This document shows positions 9,251 to 18,015 of a DNA stretch of 27,218 bases, piece after piece. The first letter of the stretch is position 1; each line of letters begins with the position of its first letter. The notes beneath the pieces were generated by a model, which saw only the letters and a list, made by a program, of their open reading frames with translations, made no database searches and was not told the DNA's origin. Source of the DNA: Planctomycetota bacterium (GTDB lineage Bacteria; Planctomycetota; UBA11346); the NCBI GenBank assembly GCA_038231435.1, contig JBBRLJ010000058.1, positions 1 through 27,218 on the forward strand, given 5' to 3'. The translations under genes and the position numbers were made by a program.

Positions 9251-10957
9251 TCAGGGGCGGGAAGCGGGCGGGCTTATGGAGATGTCGGGCAGTCCGCTCA
9301 AGGGCAGTCCGGCATCGCTCCAGCTCGGAGCGCCGTCGAGCACGACCACCACATGCGCGGGATCGCGCGGGCGGGCAGACACCAGCGCGAGCGCTCGCCG
9401 TTCGGAGCGCAGCCAGGTCTCGACGCCGGTGCCGGTGGTCACGGTGATGCGTCGGCTATCCCAAGACGCCGGCAACGGCAATCCGTCGGCGACCAGATCG
9501 GCGAGCACGCGGTTCGAGCGCGGGTTGCCGATCAGCACCAGGTGGTAGCCGCGCCAGGAGCGCGGGTCGAACGCGGTGTCGTCGATGCGCCGCGGCAGGC
9601 CGTGCGCGTGTGCAGCCCAGGCGACGGTGAAGCGCTGCGCGAGATCGTGGTTGTCCGCTTGCGCCGCCGCGTGCTCGCGGGTGCCGACCACGATCACGAA
9701 CGGGCCCTCGGCGTACCGGGTCATGCGCGTGGACAGCGCCGGCAGGATCGCGGCTCGATCGATGGCGGCGCGTGCGACGAACGCTGGCGCTGGCGCGGGG
9801 ATCCAGAACGAGGCCTCGTCGGGGCTGGGCGGGGCATCGCCAAGGATCGCGCGTTCGCGCCAGGCGCGGAATCCGGCGTTGCCGTCGCCGCTGGCGCGGA
9901 TGCGGATGCCGTTGGGCGGAAGCGGTGCGTCCGTGGGCAGCAGCGGATCGACCAGGTCGACGCTCGCGACGCGCTCGGGGCACAGGCAGGCCAGCCGTAC
10001 CGCCGCCGCCGCGCCTCGGCCTTGGCCCACCAGGGCCACGCGTGCCGGCGCGCCGGGCTTCACCGGCTGGCGCAGGCGCGATTCGGCGCGCAGCACCGCG
10101 ATGTCGTCCCAAGCGAGATCACCGGCCGGATAGCATTCGATCAGCTCGATGCCGGCCGCGGCGGCCGCCGGCAGCCATTGCCAAGGCGGTAGGGGCCAGG
10201 CCGATTTCCTCGGCGCCGAGGTCGAGCCCGCGAAGACGTACGCTTGTCCGACCATCGCGCTCGGGCGGTGATGACGTTCGGGCTGCACGCTGTCGTCGGT
10301 GGGATCGCGGAAGGCGATCGTCCCCGCATCTGCATCTGCATCGGCGGCGCGCTTCCCGGATTCCCAGCCGCGCAGCAGATCGAGGATCCCCGCCAACCCC
10401 CGGCAGGTGCCCGCGCTCACTCCCGCCGCCACCAGCTCCTGGCCCTGCTCGGCCCACAGCCACGGCAGTGGATCGCGCTCACCGCGGCTCGACATGCCAT
10501 GGACGGTGCGGTCGAGTTCGCGGGCGAGCGCGCGTGGCAGCTGGATCGTGCGGGTGATGCGCTCGATGCGGGTGCGGCTGGGGTTGGCGAGCGTGATCGA
10601 GAGCAGCGCCGGTTCCTCGGCATGCGCTGGATCGATGGCGTCGGGAGCGAGCACCAGCGACACACCGTCGCGTAGTTGCCCCAGGTGCGCGAGGGGTTCC
10701 TCGGCGGTCGCGAGCACCCTGCCGCCATGCTCGAGCGAGGCCTGGAGGATGTACGGCCCGGCGTCGTGGTCGACGCTTGAGACGTCGCGCTCGATGCGGC
10801 AGCGGAGCAACAACGGCGGACGCAGCAGGTCGTCGCACCACGCCAGACGTAGCGGACCCGGAGCGATGGCTTCCTCGGCGCCAGGCGCCCGCGCGGCGAG
10901 CGCGCAGCCGAGGATCACGGCCAGGAGCATCGCCCAGGACGCGCGGCGGAACCGCAT
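9251..10957 (-). CDS. Exported protein resembling a degenerate alpha/beta-hydrolase (prolyl-oligopeptidase-like)
   Basis: Signal peptide MRFRRASWAMLLAVILGCALA; FRDPTDDSVQP; RVALVGQGRGAAAA at the nucleophile elbow; C-terminal GPFVIVVGT...HLVLIGNPRSN. TGATG overlap with the upstream gene. Confidence 0.65.
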   Translation of the reverse strand: MRFRRASWAMLLAVILGCALAARAPGAEEAIAPGPLRLAWCDDLLRPPLLLRCRIERDVSSVDHDAGPYILQASLEHGGRVLATAEEPLAHLGQLRDGVSLVLAPDAIDPAHAEEPALLSITLANPSRTRIERITRTIQLPRALARELDRTVHGMSSRGERDPLPWLWAEQGQELVAAGVSAGTCRGLAGILDLLRGWESGKRAADADADAGTIAFRDPTDDSVQPERHHRPSAMVGQAYVFAGSTSAPRKSAWPLPPWQWLPAAAAAGIELIECYPAGDLAWDDIAVLRAESRLRQPVKPGAPARVALVGQGRGAAAAVRLACLCPERVASVDLVDPLLPTDAPLPPNGIRIRASGDGNAGFRAWRERAILGDAPPSPDEASFWIPAPAPAFVARAAIDRAAILPALSTRMTRYAEGPFVIVVGTREHAAAQADNHDLAQRFTVAWAAHAHGLPRRIDDTAFDPRSWRGYHLVLIGNPRSNRVLADLVADGLPLPASWDSRRITVTTGTGVETWLRSERRALALVSARPRDPAHVVVVLDGAPSWSDAGLPLSGLPDISISPPASRP

Positions 10958-11484
10958 CACCGTTCCAGGCTCGCCGCGAGGATGCCCGGGTAGAGTTCCT
11001 GGTAGGCGACGTAGTTCCCGGCGATCGCGCCGATGCGTTCGAGCAGCTCCGCTGACAACGGTTTGATCACCCGACCCGGCACGCCGGCCACGAGATGCCC
11101 GTCCGGGACCGTCATGCCCTCGGGCACCACGCAGCCGGCGGCCACCAGCACGCGCGCGCCGATGCGCGCGCCATCGAGCACCCGGCAGCCCATGCCGAGC
11201 AGACTGCCATCGCCGACCACGCACGCGTGCGCGATCGCTCCATGCCCAAGGCTGACCTCGTCGCCCAGCACGCACGCAGCCGCACGGCTGACATGCAGCA
11301 CACAGGTGTCCTGGACATTGCAGCGCGCCCCGAGCGCGACGTGGTTGATGTCCCCCCGCAGCACCGCCCCGAACCATACCGAGCAATCCGCCCCGAACCT
11401 GACATCCCCGACCAACGTCGCATTCGGCGCCAGGAACCGCGGCATCTGCGGCGTCCTCCCCGCGACGGTGACGATGGTCGGCAT
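10957..11484 (-). CDS. Gamma carbonic anhydrase-like hexapeptide-repeat protein (YrdA/PaaY type)
   Basis: FLAPNATLVGDV, SVWFGAVLRGD, NVQD..VLH, LGHGAIAHAC, AGVPGRVI. Confidence 0.92.
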   Translation of the reverse strand: MPTIVTVAGRTPQMPRFLAPNATLVGDVRFGADCSVWFGAVLRGDINHVALGARCNVQDTCVLHVSRAAACVLGDEVSLGHGAIAHACVVGDGSLLGMGCRVLDGARIGARVLVAAGCVVPEGMTVPDGHLVAGVPGRVIKPLSAELLERIGAIAGNYVAYQELYPGILAASLER

Positions 11485-11589
11485 GCGGGCGGAGTCTGTC
11501 CACGCCAGCCCACGGGCAATGCGCGGCGGGAGGCTAATCGATGGACGTCACGCGCGCCGCAGGCCGCGCCCAGCCCTCACATCCCGTTT

Positions 11590-11641
11590 CTTCGTGGGGG
11601 GCAGGCCGGAGGCCGATGTTGGGGGGCCGTAGCCCCCCAAC
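11590..11641 (-). repeat. REP-like palindromic repeat, copy 2
   Basis: Minus strand reads GTTGGGGGGCTACGGCCCCCCAACATCGGCCTCCGGCCTGCCCCCCACGAAG; the first hairpin is identical to copies 1 and 3. Confidence 0.88.
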
Positions 11642-11676
11642 AAAAAGGCGCCACGCGTACTAGCCGCGTGGCGCCT
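11642..11676 (-). terminator. Intrinsic terminator of rpmA
   Basis: AGGCGCCACGCG-N7-CGCGTGGCGCCT stem ending in a TTTTT run on the minus strand. Confidence 0.8.
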
Positions 11677-11724
11677 CCTCACAGGGCGCACCTTTGCACC
11701 CGGGCGAGAAAATTCGGATGTCGC

Positions 11725-11991
11725 TCAGGCCTTGGGAGCAGCGGTCTCGGCCGGAACGGCGACGACGTCGACGTAGCGGTTGCGGAAGCGCACGATGCCC
11801 TCTTTGAGGGCGAAGATCGTGTAGTCGCGGCCGGTGGCGGTGCCAAAGCCCGACTTGAACTTCGAGCCGCACTGGCGGACGATGATCGATCCGGCGCTGA
11901 CGGTCTGGCCGCCGTAGGCCTTGATGCCACGGCGCTGCGCATTCGAATCGCGACCGTTCTGCGTGGAGCCGGTACCCATCTTGTGGGCCAT
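11725..11991 (-). CDS. rpmA: 50S ribosomal protein L27
   Basis: [53 protein letters not shown]. Confidence 0.97.
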   Translation of the reverse strand: MAHKMGTGSTQNGRDSNAQRRGIKAYGGQTVSAGSIIVRQCGSKFKSGFGTATGRDYTIFALKEGIVRFRNRYVDVVAVPAETAAPKA

Positions 11992-12080
11992 AGATCACCT
12001 CTGGGTGCTGGGGCAGGCCTGGCCTGCGCCCTGATCGGTTGACGATCGTGTTGACTGGACTGGGGAAAGCGGAGCGCGGA

Positions 12081-12108
12081 AGGGTAGGGATCGAGGTCCC
12101 TTTGGCAA
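12081..12108 (-). promoter_or_regulatory. Putative sigma70 promoter of rpmA
   Basis: Minus strand TTGCCA-N16-TACCCT followed by a GC-rich discriminator. Confidence 0.45.
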
Positions 12109-12207
12109 GGATCAGGTGGGCAGCGGAGGCTCCAAGCGGGGCCAGGACGCTCTGCCAAGCCACGGCGAGGGGGGCAGGAGGGCTCCGGCCCCCGGGACGG
12201 GGCTGAC

Positions 12208-12308
12208 GTCCGTCGTCCGTGGTCGTCGTCCAGGCAGTCCGGCGGTCTCCGGGGCCTTCTTCGCGTTTCTGGTTGTCGCGGTCGGCTGTCGACGACGGAC
12301 GACGGACC
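12208..12308. repeat. Inverted pair of heptamer (GGACGAC) arrays
   Basis: GTCCGTCGTCCGTGGTCGTCGTCC ... GACGACGGACGACGGACC. Confidence 0.65.
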
Positions 12309-12401
12309 AGATCAGCGATCATGGATGACGGAGGATCTTCCCCACATCCCGTACGCAGCCCTTCCGCTAGCCGATGCGCGATACGGCGTAGACTCCGGCC
12401 C

Positions 12402-14987
12402 ATGAACAGGCCGATGACGATCGTGGTGATGTCCCTGCTCGCGGTCATCGCCGGTTTCCTGTTCCTCGCCCTGCTCAGCTACGGTGCCAACCAGGTGATG
12501 GCCGCCAGTCCGGCGGGTACCAACCTGATGGGTCTCGGAGGCGCATGGATCGCCCACAGCCTGATCAGCTTCTGGGGCATCGTCGCCTTCTACATCCCGG
12601 CGGTGCTGGTCGGCTACGCCATCGGCATGTGGCGCGAATACGATCTCGCCTTCCTCGGCCGCCGGCTCACCGGCGCACTGCTGCTCCTGCCGGCGCTGTG
12701 CGGGATCGTGCATCTCCTGCCGGTGTCCCGCCTGAGCGAGTCGATGCTGATCCAATGGGACCAGGTCCAGCTCAAGGGCCTGGGTGGCAGCCTCGGCTAC
12801 CTGCTCTGCGGTCCGGCCTCGCGCGACGTCGACCCCGCCTATCCGGGCGGATTGCTGGTGCGCTGGCTCGAGGTGCCGGGCGCGGTGGTGGTGCTGCTCG
12901 CGCTCGCCACGCTCGCGCTCTTGCTGATGGATCTCGGCCTCGGGCGCTGGCTGCGCCGGCTGTGGGCGATGGTGCGCAATTCCACGCTGCGCCGTTCGGT
13001 CGAGGTGGTCGAGCCCGACCGCTTCCACAGCGAGCCGTACGTCCCCCAGCAGGCGATCCCCCGCGCCAAGAACCGTTCGACGACCTCGATGCACGAGATC
13101 ACCCGCCGCATTGCCGACGAGCAGGCCCTGCCGCCCGACGCGCAGCAGCTGGTCGAGAAGATCCGCAACCACCGCAAGGCGCTCGAGAACCGCGGCGCTT
13201 CCGGTGAAGTCGACGCCGACGCCGATGGCGATGCCGATGCAGCCGAGCCGCCGTCCGAGGAATCCGAAGAGGCAGACGCGCCGGTCGCAGCCGCCGTCGC
13301 GCCCACGCCCGCGCGCGTGGAATCACCCGCGGGTGAGGAGCCGACGTCGTCCGCTCCCGCGTCCAAGCCGCAGCCGCGCCCCGCGCCCGTGCCGCCGAAA
13401 CCGCGCAAGCGCAAGGAAGCCAGCCAGGACGGCGAATACGTGCTGCCGCCGGTCGATCTGCTCGACGAGCCCGCGCTGCGCCGCGATGCCGAGCACGAGC
13501 ACGAGAAATCCCAGACCGCGCGCATGATCGAGGAGGTGTTCTCGCACTTCAACATCAGCGTGCAGGTGGTGGCGGCCACGCGCGGGCCAGTGGTCACGCA
13601 GTACGAGATCAGCCTGCTCGACCAGGCGATGCGCGTCAGCAAGGTCGAGGGCTTCGAGAAGGACCTGGCGATGAAGCTGGGCACCGAGGGCATCCGCATC
13701 GTCGCGCCGCTGCCGAACAAGCGCACCATCGGCGTCGAGGTACCGAATCGCGTCAAGGAACAGGTGGTGATGCGCGACCTGGTCGACGATTTCGACCCAG
13801 AGAGCATGGCGCTGCCGGTGATTCTGGGACGCGACGTGGTCGGCAACGCGCTGATCGCCGATCTCGCCAAGATGCCGCACCTGCTGGTGGCCGGCGCCAC
13901 CGGCATGGGCAAGTCGGTGTGCATGAACGCCATGATCTGCTCGATCCTCCTGTTCAAGGGGCCCGAGCACGTACGCTTCATCATGATCGATCCGAAGATG
14001 GTCGAGCTCGCCGGCTACGAGGACATCCCGCATCTGCTGTCGGCGCCGATCACCGACATGACCAAGGCCCACGCCGCGCTCGAATGGGCATGCCGCACCA
14101 TGGACGCGCGCTATGACGCGCTGCGCCAGGTCGGCGTGCGCGACATCAAGGGCTACAACGAGCTGGGCGAGGCCGAGATCCGCCTGCGCCTGGGCAAGAA
14201 GGACCTCAAGCTCGAGGACCTCGAGCACGACGAGGCGCGCATGTGCTACATCGTCGTGCTGGTCGACGAGTACGCCGACCTGATGATGGTGAACAAAGAG
14301 GTCGAGAAATCGATCGTCCGCCTCGCCGCGAAGAGCCGCGCCTGCGGCATCCACGTCATCCTCACCACCCAGCGCCCGTCCGCCGACGTGGTCACCGGAT
14401 TGATCAAGTCGAACCTGCCCTCGCGCATCTGCTTCCGCGTGGTCGACAAGTCGAACAGCCGCGTGGTGCTCGACGTCTCGGGTGCCGAGAACCTGCTCGG
14501 CAAGGGCGACATGCTGTTCCTCCAGCCCGGCACCTCGCAGCCGATCCGCGGCCAGGGCGTGTGGCTCAAGGACAGCGAGATCAACGCCATCGTCTCGCAC
14601 GCCAAGCAGCAGGGCACCCCGGTCTACGAGGAAGACGTCATCAACGTCGGCGCGGTCGCGCATCTCGACGGCAACGGCAATGTTGGCGCCGCTGGCGGCG
14701 GCGAATGGCTGAAAGACCGCCAGTTCCACGAGTCGGTGCAGGCGATGTACCGCTACAACCGCTCCGGCGCCGACTTCTTCCGCCGCAAGTGCAACATCGG
14801 CTACAACAAGGCGACGTCCTACGTCGAGAGCCTCGAGGACCTCGGCTTCCTCGGCCCGCAGAAGGGCACCGCCCCGCGCGAGATCCTCAAGACCTGGGAC
14901 GACTGGATCGAGCTGCTCAAGGGCAATGGGCTCACCTGGGCGGAAGAGGACGACCTCTACCATAACCCCGTAGAGCTCCGCTCCTAG
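12402..14987 (+). CDS. ftsK: DNA translocase FtsK
   Basis: N-terminal TM region, Pro/Ala linker, MPHLLVAGATGMGKS (Walker A), IDPKMVEL, VDEYAD, TTQRPSADV, GAENLLGKGDML, C-terminal gamma domain (IGYN). TAGACT 7 nt before ATG 12402. Confidence 0.95.
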   Translation: MNRPMTIVVMSLLAVIAGFLFLALLSYGANQVMAASPAGTNLMGLGGAWIAHSLISFWGIVAFYIPAVLVGYAIGMWREYDLAFLGRRLTGALLLLPALCGIVHLLPVSRLSESMLIQWDQVQLKGLGGSLGYLLCGPASRDVDPAYPGGLLVRWLEVPGAVVVLLALATLALLLMDLGLGRWLRRLWAMVRNSTLRRSVEVVEPDRFHSEPYVPQQAIPRAKNRSTTSMHEITRRIADEQALPPDAQQLVEKIRNHRKALENRGASGEVDADADGDADAAEPPSEESEEADAPVAAAVAPTPARVESPAGEEPTSSAPASKPQPRPAPVPPKPRKRKEASQDGEYVLPPVDLLDEPALRRDAEHEHEKSQTARMIEEVFSHFNISVQVVAATRGPVVTQYEISLLDQAMRVSKVEGFEKDLAMKLGTEGIRIVAPLPNKRTIGVEVPNRVKEQVVMRDLVDDFDPESMALPVILGRDVVGNALIADLAKMPHLLVAGATGMGKSVCMNAMICSILLFKGPEHVRFIMIDPKMVELAGYEDIPHLLSAPITDMTKAHAALEWACRTMDARYDALRQVGVRDIKGYNELGEAEIRLRLGKKDLKLEDLEHDEARMCYIVVLVDEYADLMMVNKEVEKSIVRLAAKSRACGIHVILTTQRPSADVVTGLIKSNLPSRICFRVVDKSNSRVVLDVSGAENLLGKGDMLFLQPGTSQPIRGQGVWLKDSEINAIVSHAKQQGTPVYEEDVINVGAVAHLDGNGNVGAAGGGEWLKDRQFHESVQAMYRYNRSGADFFRRKCNIGYNKATSYVESLEDLGFLGPQKGTAPREILKTWDDWIELLKGNGLTWAEEDDLYHNPVELRS

Positions 14988-15125
14988 CGAGCTGCGGCCG
15001 TTCTCGCGGTCGATGCCGGCGTTGGCTCACCACTCGCGGTACTCGCGATAGATGACTACCGCTTCGCGCTCGCCGCCTCGGCCTCGTCCGCGATAACGGT
15101 CCTCGCTGAGCGACGGACGGTTGTC

Positions 15126-15827
15126 TCAGCGACTCCCCGCGGTGGCGGCCTGCACGGATTGCAGGCGGTGATGGGCGTCGAACTGGGCGGTGATCTGGGC
15201 GCCAGAGGGATCGGTCGCGACCACCGAGGTGCCGGGTTTCTCGTACGGCCATTCGAGCCACTGCATGTAGCCCTTGAAGGCGGTGAGGTGATCGGTGATC
15301 GGCAGGCCCATCAGCGCCTGGGTGAACACCGAGACCGCCTTCGCCGCGTCCACCTGCTGCCGCCGCGCCAGGCGGCCATCGGGATCCATCAGGATCAACC
15401 ACACCGCGCCGCCGCCACCCGCGCTCTCCCCTGAGTACGGCGCGCGGTAGTAGGCGCCGGCGCCGAACAGGCCCGCGGCGATCATGGCCAGGTCCTGGGC
15501 GCTGACGTTCTTGGTCGCGAGCTCGGGCGAGGTCAGCTCGTCGACACCGTTGTCGGCGCCGATGGCGCGCAGCTTTGCCGCCGCCTTGAGGTGCGCGGCG
15601 GGGATACCCGAGGCGTTGTTGGCCCACGACCACAGCCAGGTCTTCGAGGCGTCGGACTCGGTGCCGAGTACCTGGGTCGAGAACGATAGGAACTCGCCGA
15701 AGAAGATCGTGCCCGAGGGTAGGTCGAAGCTCCATTGGCGCTCGCCCACCGCGTCCTGCAAGTACTGCTGCTTGTGGTAGCTGGCCACGATGTGCTGATT
15801 CAGGAGGTTGCGGAGCTTCGGGTGCAT
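15126..15827 (-). CDS. DUF6882-like conserved hypothetical protein
   Basis: KQQYL..WSFDL..GTI.F, QVLGTES....WLWSWAN pattern; family recognised from memory. Confidence 0.7.
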   Translation of the reverse strand: MHPKLRNLLNQHIVASYHKQQYLQDAVGERQWSFDLPSGTIFFGEFLSFSTQVLGTESDASKTWLWSWANNASGIPAAHLKAAAKLRAIGADNGVDELTSPELATKNVSAQDLAMIAAGLFGAGAYYRAPYSGESAGGGGAVWLILMDPDGRLARRQQVDAAKAVSVFTQALMGLPITDHLTAFKGYMQWLEWPYEKPGTSVVATDPSGAQITAQFDAHHRLQSVQAATAGSR

Positions 15828-16033
15828 GCACCGCGATGGTAATCGCCGCCGATCATACCTGGCACGGTAATCCCAAGCGGCATCACCTCGCGAACCGCAC
15901 GCCGGCCCCGGTGTGCCGCTCACGCGCCCAGCCGCCTGCCGATGCAGGGCCTGGCCGCCGGACCTAAACCGTGCATCCGCAAGCAGGTATTCCCTTTGCA
16001 CCCCCGTCAGCCCCGGGGACATTCCCCGCGCGC

Positions 16034-17743
16034 ATGGGCAAGCTGTCGGCATCCGAGATCTCGGCCCTGCTGGCCGCGCTGGGCACCCTGCTTCTGAGCG
16101 CGCGCGTGCTCGGCGAACTGGCGCGCCGGATCGGCCAGCCGGCGGTGCTCGGCGAGATCATCGCCGGCATCCTGCTCGGACCGACGGTGCTCGGGCGCCT
16201 TGCGCCCGACGCGATGGCGATGTTCTTCCCCCGTCCGGGCGTGGGCGCCGACGCTGATCGCCTGAGCAACGTCATGACCGCCCTCACCGGCTTCACCAAC
16301 GTGGCGGTGGTGCTGTTCCTGCTGGTCGCCGGCCTCGAGGTGCACCTGTCGACGGTCTACCGCCAGGGCCGCGCGGCGCTGGCGGTGAGCCTCTCGGGCA
16401 TCGTGCTGCCGTTCGCCATCGGCTTCGCCGCCGCCTGGTGGATGCCGGGATTCCTCAACCACGCCGAGGTCCGCAACGACCTCGCCTTCGCGCTGTTCCT
16501 CGCCACCGCGATGGCGATCTCGGCCCTGCCGGTGATCGCCAAGACGCTGATGGACCTCGATCTCTACCGCACCGACCTGGGCATGGTGGTGATGGCGGCG
16601 GCGATCGTCCAGGATGTCGTCGGCTGGATCATCTTCGCCATCGTCCTGGGCATGATGGGCACCGGCGGATCCCACTCGTCGATCGGCTCCACCATCTTCC
16701 TGACCGTCGGCTTCGCGGTGGGCATGATGACGGCCGGCCGCTGGCTGATCAACCGCGCGCTGCCGTGGGTGCATGCCCACACCAGCTGGCCGGGCGGCAT
16801 CCTCGGACTGGTGCTGGTGCTGACCTTCTTCGGCGCGGCGTTCACCGAATGGTGCGGCATCCACGCGATCTTCGGCGCCTTCATGGTCGGCGTCGCGGTC
16901 GGCGACTCGCGGCACCTGCAGGAGCGCACCCGCCGCGTCATCGAGCAGTTCGTGTCGTTCGTGTTCGCGCCGATCTTCTTCGCCTCGATCGGCCTGAAGG
17001 TCGATTTCATCGCCCACTTCGATTGGAAGCTCGACCTGTTCGTGATCGTCATCGCCTGCGCGGGCAAGATCCTCGGTTGCGGATTCGGCGCCGCCGCCAG
17101 CGGCATGGCCACGCGCGAGGCCTGGGCCACCGGCTTCGCGATGAACGCGCGCGGCGCCATGGAGATCATCCTCGGCACGCTCGCGCTCGAGTTCGGGGTC
17201 ATCGACAAGCGCCTGTTCGTGGCGCTGGTGCTGATGGCCCTGACCACCTCGCTGATGAGCGGCCCGGTGATGCAGCGCATCCTCGCGCGCCCGAAGCCCA
17301 AGCGCATCACCGACTACCTTTCCTCCAAGACCTTCCAGCTGCGCCTGCAGTCCAGCGATTCGATCGGCGCCGTCGCCGAGCTGTCGCGCCTGCTCGCGCC
17401 CACCGCCGGGCTCGACGCCGGAGCCGTGGCCGCGGCGGTGAACGCGCGCGAGGAGATGATGTCGACCTGCATCGGCGATTCGCTGGCGGTGCCGCACGCG
17501 CGCCTGCCGAACCTCGCCGCCCCGCTGGTGGCGGTGGGCATGTCGACCGGCGGCGTGCGCTTCGGCGACGACGCCATCGCCCACATCGTCGTGCTGGTGC
17601 TGACCCCCGAGAACGACGACGGCGCCCAGCTCGAACTGCTCGCCGACTTCGCACGCACCTTCCGCCACGCTGATACCCGCACCGGCGCGCTGAAGGCGGG
17701 TGGTTACACCGAGTTCGTCGGCGTGGTCAAAACCGCGCACTGA
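16034..17743 (+). CDS. Cation:proton antiporter (CPA2-type) with C-terminal PTS EIIA-like domain
   Basis: QPAVLGEIIAGILLGPTVLG, ISALPVIAK, FAPIFFASIGL, MNARGAMEII; EIIA-like REEMMSTCIGDSLAVPHAR. Confidence 0.9.
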   Translation: MGKLSASEISALLAALGTLLLSARVLGELARRIGQPAVLGEIIAGILLGPTVLGRLAPDAMAMFFPRPGVGADADRLSNVMTALTGFTNVAVVLFLLVAGLEVHLSTVYRQGRAALAVSLSGIVLPFAIGFAAAWWMPGFLNHAEVRNDLAFALFLATAMAISALPVIAKTLMDLDLYRTDLGMVVMAAAIVQDVVGWIIFAIVLGMMGTGGSHSSIGSTIFLTVGFAVGMMTAGRWLINRALPWVHAHTSWPGGILGLVLVLTFFGAAFTEWCGIHAIFGAFMVGVAVGDSRHLQERTRRVIEQFVSFVFAPIFFASIGLKVDFIAHFDWKLDLFVIVIACAGKILGCGFGAAASGMATREAWATGFAMNARGAMEIILGTLALEFGVIDKRLFVALVLMALTTSLMSGPVMQRILARPKPKRITDYLSSKTFQLRLQSSDSIGAVAELSRLLAPTAGLDAGAVAAAVNAREEMMSTCIGDSLAVPHARLPNLAAPLVAVGMSTGGVRFGDDAIAHIVVLVLTPENDDGAQLELLADFARTFRHADTRTGALKAGGYTEFVGVVKTAH

Positions 17744-17761
17744 TTTGTGCGGGGGCTTCGG

Positions 17762-17820
17762 CTGTCAGTTGGGGGGCTACGGCCCCCCAACATCGCGCTC
17801 CGCGCTGCCCCCCAAGAAGC
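17762..17820 (+). repeat. REP-like palindromic repeat, copy 3
   Basis: Near-identical to 2317-2375; begins shortly after the antiporter stop. Confidence 0.9.
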
Positions 17821-17949
17821 AGGGAGCAGCGGGGTTTGGGCCCAGTCGCGGACTCTGGGCTGGGTCCTTTCTGCTCTGGGCTGGCTGTCGCTTGGCGCTT
17901 TCTGCTTTCCGCCCTGTGCCCATTGGGTCCAAACGGCCCCATCTCGTCC

Positions 17950-17990
17950 TTGACCGTCACCGCCGGGTAATAGGGTCCATTATAACCCTA
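17950..17990 (+). promoter_or_regulatory. Putative promoter and palindromic operator upstream of the Y-family polymerase-like gene
   Basis: TTGACC at 17950; TAGGGT-N8-ACCCTA inverted repeat at 17971-17990 in an AT-rich patch; GGAGG RBS follows. Confidence 0.45.
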
Positions 17991-18015
17991 GGGCCGATAG
18001 CCAGCGGAGGTCGCC

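Noticed and set aside
14990..15125. Structured intergenic sequence between convergent ftsK and DUF6882 (GCGGTA...TACCGC)
   Set aside because: Short imperfect stems expected at this GC content; no second copy in the window to support a repeat or ncRNA call.
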